Positions 58,594-64,000 of a stretch of DNA of 64,000 bases are shown here, piece after piece (positions within the stretch are counted from its first letter, which is position 1; the number at the start of each line of letters is the position of its first letter). This stretch comes from Candidatus Falkowbacteria bacterium RIFOXYC2_FULL_36_12 (GTDB lineage: Bacteria > Patescibacteriota > Patescibacteriia > UBA11705). The stretch is from positions 98,092 through 162,091 of the forward strand of contig MFGJ01000006.1 in the NCBI GenBank assembly GCA_001778235.1, read 5' to 3'. The notes beneath the pieces were generated by a model. That model was not told the origin of the DNA and searched no databases. It was given only the letters and a program-made list of their open reading frames with translations. Position numbers and translations under genes: made by a program.

Positions 58594-59247
58594 ATGGAAT
58601 TCAGCTTGATGTTCCCAGTTTGGAGAAAATATGTAGCCTGTTATTTAGTGATCCTGTATGGTGGTGCTGGTTATTTGTTAACAAACAACATCTCAATTTC
58701 TGAACCAACACTTTTTCCACTTTGGGATATTGACAACTTGATGCCTTTTTTACCTTGGACCCTGATTGTTTATTCTTCAATTTTTGGATTAATTTTCATT
58801 ATGCCATTCCTGATCAATAGTGAGTTGATGTTGAAGCGAACTTTACTAACTGGCGTAAGCTTAATTACAGTGAACCTAGCATTTTTTATTATTATGCCAA
58901 TTGAATATCCAGCTAGACCAGCAATTGATAGTGTTTTGGAAATAGGGTCGTTTTGGCATAATGTTTATTCTATATTGTATAATACTGATAATGCTAAAAA
59001 TTGTTTTCCCAGCATGCATGTGAGTATGGTAACATTTTTTGTGTTGATATTTTATAAAACTCGACCAACAATGTTTAAAATCTTCTCAATTTACGGTGTG
59101 TTTGTTGCTTTGTCCACAATGACAACCAAACAGCATTATTTTATTGATGTGGTAGCTGGGCTTTTACTGGCAGGACTGGTCTATGTGATTGTTGGTGAAG
59201 AAATGGTGCCCCAAACAAGGGAAGAGAGGAATAGTGGACACGATTGA
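58594..59247 (+). CDS. PAP2-family membrane phosphatase
   Basis: YPARP, CFPSMHV, STMTTKQHYFIDV; SD gggagg. Confidence 0.85.
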   Translation: MEFSLMFPVWRKYVACYLVILYGGAGYLLTNNISISEPTLFPLWDIDNLMPFLPWTLIVYSSIFGLIFIMPFLINSELMLKRTLLTGVSLITVNLAFFIIMPIEYPARPAIDSVLEIGSFWHNVYSILYNTDNAKNCFPSMHVSMVTFFVLIFYKTRPTMFKIFSIYGVFVALSTMTTKQHYFIDVVAGLLLAGLVYVIVGEEMVPQTREERNSGHD

Positions 59248-59830
59248 TAATGGTCAAGAGTTAAATGTTGTTGTAAAAGATTTTGTAGTGTTTACATTTT
59301 TAGATTCAAATACTTATAATTTGAATTTACGACTGTTTGATTCAATAATGTCAGCTGAAAGAGTTATGCCTGAAACAAAGCAATTAGTTTTGTCAGAATG
59401 TATGCATAGACTGGATGATTGGAAGTGTGTTGTGCTGGTTCTACGATATGAGAAAAAAACTGAAATCGTTCGATATGTGATAGATAAAGTTTTTCTTCAC
59501 TGTGCTTCAGTAAATAGTAACAATGGTTATGGACCTTATCGATTATTTGAAGCATCATTACTTTATGAAATTTTGTTAAACGGGTGTGGAGAAAATTTGT
59601 TTTTAGCACTTGAAGCTTGGAATTTTATAAAGGAATTGAAACTGTTACACAAATTTAGCTTAGATGAATTCAGGCGAATGCATAATGCTATTGAAAAAAT
59701 TTCTACCCTCAAAGATTGGTGTCGTACAAAAACTGTGGTTGATGAATTGGCGACAAGAATAGATTGTTTGGAACAAGAAAAAATATTGGAACAGTATTTT
59801 CACCTTGAAAGTACGACTGAAGAAATCTGA
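59234..59830 (+). CDS. Hypothetical protein
   Basis: SD gagga + GTG overlapping the PAP2 stop; helical ORF. Confidence 0.55.
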   Translation: MDTIDNGQELNVVVKDFVVFTFLDSNTYNLNLRLFDSIMSAERVMPETKQLVLSECMHRLDDWKCVVLVLRYEKKTEIVRYVIDKVFLHCASVNSNNGYGPYRLFEASLLYEILLNGCGENLFLALEAWNFIKELKLLHKFSLDEFRRMHNAIEKISTLKDWCRTKTVVDELATRIDCLEQEKILEQYFHLESTTEEI

Positions 59831-59899
59831 ATCTACTTGAAACTAAGTAGGTTTTTTTGTTGAAAAATGTATTTAATTGAGTTAAACTATAGTTAAATT

Positions 59900-61597
59900 A
59901 TGATTGATACTAACAACAATAACTATAAACTGATTTTAGTTGTTTTGGCTGTTATTTTCTTTTTTATTTATTCATTTTTTGCTATCACTATTTGGATTCC
60001 AGGCTTTCAGCAGACTGAACAGGTGATTTTCAGTTGGCCTGATGCTATGGCTAACCAAGCTTTTGTCAAGCAGTTTATTGAGCACTCAAATTTCAAGATA
60101 AGTTTCCCTGATAATACTTTGGTAAGTCAGATTGTTCATCCCAGAAGTACCAATGTATTTAATGATAATATTGTGCCAATGAGTTTCCTTGGTTTGGTAT
60201 TAATTTATGGAATATTGGGAAAAGTTGTTACTATATATGGAACACTTTTGCTTACGCCGTTATTTTCTGTTTTTGGTGTATTATTTTTTTATGGATTGAT
60301 AAAAAAAGTAATTAATGAAAGGGCTGGATTTATTTCAGCGCTACTTTTATTTAGTCTGTCAGCATATTGGTATTATTCTTCTTTGGTAATGCTACATACT
60401 GTTTTATTTATCAGTTTATTGCTGGCTGGGATGTATTTCTTGTTAAAAAGTGAAGATTTTATAGTTGACGATGAATATAAAACCCAAAATTATATTTTTG
60501 TGGCTGTCGGGGCTATTTTTATTGGTTTGAGTTTGATTGTCAGGACGGTTGAAGCTCCATGGATACTGCTTATTATTTTGCTAGTTTCATTGTTTGCTAG
60601 AAAGCGTTGGTGGCTGAAGGCAATTATATTTTTGGTAATTTTAGGTATAACTTTTCTGCCGGTTTTGTATCAGAATAAACAATTGTACGGTGATTATTTT
60701 AGTGTTGGGTATTTAAATTTGGAAAAGTCAGGTACTTTACTTGATAAATTGCCAAATGAATTTGAAGTTGAAAAAACCAATGATTATTTTCAATGGGTAA
60801 AAGCTGTGGCCTTGCCATTTGGTTGGAATTGGAAAAATTTATTAAAAACCGGTTTTGAATATTTTGTCATGTTTTATGGTCCATATTTATTTTTGTCCAT
60901 AATAGGCTTAATTTGGTTTTTGGTTGAAAAGGAAAAAAGAAAACAGATTTGGGTTTATCTTCTAGCTGTGATGCTGGCAATGATCTGGCTGGTGTTTTAT
61001 TATGGTAATTGGCAATTCGCTGACAGTGAAATATTGAAATACAATACTATTGGTAGTTCGTATATGAGATATTGGTTGCCAGTATTTATAATGCTGATAC
61101 CTGGAATTGGTTTTCTTTTTGATAGATTGTTGGCAGTAAAAAAATGGCAATTTTTTCTAAAATCTATTGTTGTAGTGACAGTGATTTTATTGACTGGATA
61201 TTCTTTTTTCTGGGCTTATCTGACGCCTAAAGATGGGTTATTAGCACAAAAACAAGTTTTAGAACAAAATTATAAACGACATAAACAGGTGGCAGGTTAT
61301 ATTGAAGATAATAGCATATTGATAGTTGACAAAACAGATAAATTATTTTGGCCAAAATATAATGTTGTAGTTTTCTTGTATGATTATTCAATTTTTCCTG
61401 AAATTAACCAAATTATTGATAAATATCCTGTATATTACATGAGTGTAATGCCAGATAAAGACATTGATTTTATTAATCGGACAAAGATAAATCAATTTAA
61501 TTTAGAATTAAAGGCTCCACTGATAGTTGACAATGAATATCGTTTGTTTAAAATTGAGCCAAAAGGGATTTCACAAAATCAAAATGATGAGTTATAA
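59900..61597 (+). CDS. ArnT/GT39-like polytopic membrane glycosyltransferase
   Basis: WPD loop motif, many TMs, RYWLP, in a glycosylation cluster. Confidence 0.7.
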   Translation: MIDTNNNNYKLILVVLAVIFFFIYSFFAITIWIPGFQQTEQVIFSWPDAMANQAFVKQFIEHSNFKISFPDNTLVSQIVHPRSTNVFNDNIVPMSFLGLVLIYGILGKVVTIYGTLLLTPLFSVFGVLFFYGLIKKVINERAGFISALLLFSLSAYWYYSSLVMLHTVLFISLLLAGMYFLLKSEDFIVDDEYKTQNYIFVAVGAIFIGLSLIVRTVEAPWILLIILLVSLFARKRWWLKAIIFLVILGITFLPVLYQNKQLYGDYFSVGYLNLEKSGTLLDKLPNEFEVEKTNDYFQWVKAVALPFGWNWKNLLKTGFEYFVMFYGPYLFLSIIGLIWFLVEKEKRKQIWVYLLAVMLAMIWLVFYYGNWQFADSEILKYNTIGSSYMRYWLPVFIMLIPGIGFLFDRLLAVKKWQFFLKSIVVVTVILLTGYSFFWAYLTPKDGLLAQKQVLEQNYKRHKQVAGYIEDNSILIVDKTDKLFWPKYNVVVFLYDYSIFPEINQIIDKYPVYYMSVMPDKDIDFINRTKINQFNLELKAPLIVDNEYRLFKIEPKGISQNQNDEL

Positions 61598-61623
61598 TAA
61601 AAATACTTAAATTAAGTAAAATT

Positions 61624-62658
61624 ATGCTAAATACAAATACAAATGAAAAGAAAAAAGTAAAAAATGCTGTGGTTTTTGGAGGGGCTGGTTTTATTGGCTC
61701 TCATCTATGTGAAAGACTCTTGGAAAAAAGTTATAATGTTATCTGTATTGATAATTTTATTTCAAGTGGTCAAAATAATATTACACATTTACTGCGATTA
61801 CCAAAGTTTGAGTTTATCAGGCATGACATTTCCGAACCAATTGACCTTGAAGCGAAAAAGGATTTAACAAAATTTCAGATCAATGTGTTTGGTGTGCAAG
61901 AGGTATATAATTTATCTTGTCCAACTTCTATTAAAAATTTTGAAAAAGTAAAAATTGAAACTTGCTTAGCCAATGCTTATGGCACAAAAAATTCTCTTGA
62001 TGTAGCCATGAAATACAGAGCCAAATTTATGCATTTTTCTTCTCAAGTTGTTTATGGCAATTTTGAAAAAGGGGAATTTGTAAAAGAGGATTTTTTTCAA
62101 GGAGTAACCAATCAGCTTGACCCTCGTGCTTGCTATGATGAAGGCAAGAGATATGCGGAAACTTTGGTTGATGTTTATCGTGAAGTTCATAAATTGGACA
62201 CAAAAATATTGAGAATTTTCAGAACATACGGTCCAAGAATGTTGCTTGATGATGGTCAGATGATCCCTGATTTTATTGTTAATGCACTTGAGGGAAAAGA
62301 TTTGACGATGAATGGCGGAGATGATTTTCAGACAAGTTTGATTTATGTTTCAGATATTGTTGAGGGAGCAATGAAGCTGATGAGGACTAAAAATAATGGG
62401 CCATTTAATTTGGGAAGTCCGGAGATTTACAAAATAACTGATGTCGCAAATAAAATTATTGAATTAACAGAATCAAAATCAAAATTGAAATTCGGTGAAA
62501 AATTATTGTTCCTGCGTGAAGGCGCTTTCCCTGATATAACCAAAGTAAAAGATGAAATTGGCTGGTTTCCACTTGTTACCCTTGAAGATGGACTGCGAAA
62601 GACGATTGAATATACAGAAGCTCATAAAAACTTGCTGGTATTTCGTACAGATGTTTAG
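61624..62658 (+). CDS. NAD-dependent epimerase/dehydratase, UDP-glucuronate decarboxylase-like
   Basis: GGAGFIGSHL, CYDEGKR (YxxxK), IFRTYGPRM. Confidence 0.88.
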   Translation: MLNTNTNEKKKVKNAVVFGGAGFIGSHLCERLLEKSYNVICIDNFISSGQNNITHLLRLPKFEFIRHDISEPIDLEAKKDLTKFQINVFGVQEVYNLSCPTSIKNFEKVKIETCLANAYGTKNSLDVAMKYRAKFMHFSSQVVYGNFEKGEFVKEDFFQGVTNQLDPRACYDEGKRYAETLVDVYREVHKLDTKILRIFRTYGPRMLLDDGQMIPDFIVNALEGKDLTMNGGDDFQTSLIYVSDIVEGAMKLMRTKNNGPFNLGSPEIYKITDVANKIIELTESKSKLKFGEKLLFLREGAFPDITKVKDEIGWFPLVTLEDGLRKTIEYTEAHKNLLVFRTDV

Positions 62659-62661
62659 ATT

Positions 62662-63327
62662 ATGGAAAAAGTTTTTATAATTACACCAGTTTTTAACGGA
62701 TCTAAGACAATTGAAAAAGTCTTGGATTCTTTGTTATTGCATAATTATAGAAATATTGTTGTGGTTAATGATGGTAGTATTGATGATACGATTGAAAGAT
62801 TGAAAAATTATGATGTATACACTATTAGTCACATTGTAAATTTGGGGCAGGGCGCGGCCTTGAGGACTGGGACGGAATTTGCGTTGAAGCTTGGGGCGGA
62901 AACGATAGTGCATTTTGATGCTGATGACCAGCATCCAGCTGATGAAATTGTAAAGTTATTAGGTAAGTTGGCAGAAGGCTATGATATTGCTCTCGGGTCA
63001 CGGTTTATTGACAACAGGACCCAAATGCCTTGGACCAAGAAATATTTAATTTTGAAACCGGCGATTATGGTTAATTACTTGTTTTCAGGATTAAAGTTAA
63101 CTGATGCTCACAATGGTTTTCGAGCAATGAGTAGATTTGCGGCTGAAAAAATACAAATAAACCAGAACCGAATGGCGCATGCTTCTGAAATTACTTCGGA
63201 AATAAAAAGACATGGTTTGAAGTATGCTGAAGTGTCAGTAAAGATTCGTTATCATCAATATGGTCAAAACTGGAAAGGTGGATTAAAAGTGATTGCTGAT
63301 TTAATTAAACAAAGAATTATTAACTGA
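62662..63327 (+). CDS. GT2 glycosyltransferase (DPM1-like)
   Basis: PVFN, VNDGSID, NLGQGAAL, FDADDQH, TDAHNGFR. Confidence 0.92.
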   Translation: MEKVFIITPVFNGSKTIEKVLDSLLLHNYRNIVVVNDGSIDDTIERLKNYDVYTISHIVNLGQGAALRTGTEFALKLGAETIVHFDADDQHPADEIVKLLGKLAEGYDIALGSRFIDNRTQMPWTKKYLILKPAIMVNYLFSGLKLTDAHNGFRAMSRFAAEKIQINQNRMAHASEITSEIKRHGLKYAEVSVKIRYHQYGQNWKGGLKVIADLIKQRIIN

Positions 63328-63328
63328 T

Positions 63329-63673
63329 ATGAACATTTTTCAAATTTTAATCGCAATATTTATTGTTTATGTTGTGGTTAAGCTCATAATTAAATTAAAA
63401 AAGAAAGAAATCAACTCACAATTGTTTATTTTGTGGATTTGTATCTGGTTATTTGTCAGTGTTTTTGTTTTTGTTCCAAAGTTGACAAGCTTGATTGCCT
63501 CTAATGTCGGCATCGGCAGAGGAGTTGATCTGGCGATATATTCTGCAATTGTGTTAATTTTTTACGCTTTGTTTAAAATTTTAGTTAGAATGGAAAAAAT
63601 TGAGAAAAATCAAACTGAACTTATCCGGAAAATTTCTTTAACCAATGTTAAAAAACATGATGGAGAAAGATAA
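63329..63673 (+). CDS. DUF2304-family membrane protein
   Basis: VGIGRGVD motif, three TMs, follows a DPM1-like GT2. Confidence 0.85.
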   Translation: MNIFQILIAIFIVYVVVKLIIKLKKKEINSQLFILWICIWLFVSVFVFVPKLTSLIASNVGIGRGVDLAIYSAIVLIFYALFKILVRMEKIEKNQTELIRKISLTNVKKHDGER

Positions 63674-64000
63674 AAATTTGAATGTAGCTGTGATTATGAT
63701 AAATTATCATGATTATGCTGATCGATTTTTAGCTGATTGTATTGCTTCACTTCGGCAAGTTAATTTTAGTTATGGAAAATTTGATATTGTGGTGGTTGAT
63801 AATGATTCAAGCTATCAAACTAGAAAATTGATTCAAGAAATAGCTCCTGAAGTTAGGATAGTTGTCAACAAGGAAAATATAGGTTTTGGTGCTGGGAATA
63901 ATAGTGCGGTTGAGGCAATCAAAGAACTTGGATATGATTACTATCTTTTTCTAAATATGGATGTTGAAGTTGAATCTGATTTTATTAATTATTTAGTAGA
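63660..64000 (+). CDS. GT2 glycosyltransferase (partial, runs off the window)
   Basis: VIMINY...VVVDNDSS...NIGFGAGNN...FLNMD, frame open to the window end. Confidence 0.88.
   Translation, partial: MEKDKNLNVAVIMINYHDYADRFLADCIASLRQVNFSYGKFDIVVVDNDSSYQTRKLIQEIAPEVRIVVNKENIGFGAGNNSAVEAIKELGYDYYLFLNMDVEVESDFINYLV

Overview
This is an AT-rich bacterial chromosome segment using genetic code 11 (TAA, TAG and TGA all act as stops). Gene content and the mostly SD-less, A/T-preceded start codons suggest a Patescibacteria/CPR (Parcubacteria-like) genome, which is an inference. Core genes are dnaG, rpoD, greA, cysS, truB, rpmG, two hisS, malic enzyme, a DEAD-box helicase, a Zur-znuACB-type operon, an ECF sigma module, a cell-envelope glycosylation cluster and five tRNAs (Ser, Asn, His x2, Thr). 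The best candidate for an undescribed system is a histidine-centred locus at about 50.5-58.0 kb. In order it holds a histidine ammonia-lyase, a divergent HisRS whose motif-2 Arg for G-1 recognition is replaced by Cys, a non-canonical tRNA-His(GUG) with no encoded G-1 and with A73, a T-box-like leader with a CAC specifier but no UGGN antiterminator, a canonical tRNA-His, a second HisRS, an unannotated HHGHH leader peptide with attenuator, a GNAT acetyltransferase and an M20 deacylase. Other notable items: an integrase-free restriction-modification mini-island at tRNA-Ser bounded by a 16-bp direct repeat, a high-GC Cys-rich exported gene split by one in-frame TAG, nested palindromic intergenic repeats, a repeated ECF promoter motif, a secreted GH9 enzyme, and a distinct class of SD-bearing accessory genes. 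No CRISPR array, rRNA, transposase or integrase was seen.
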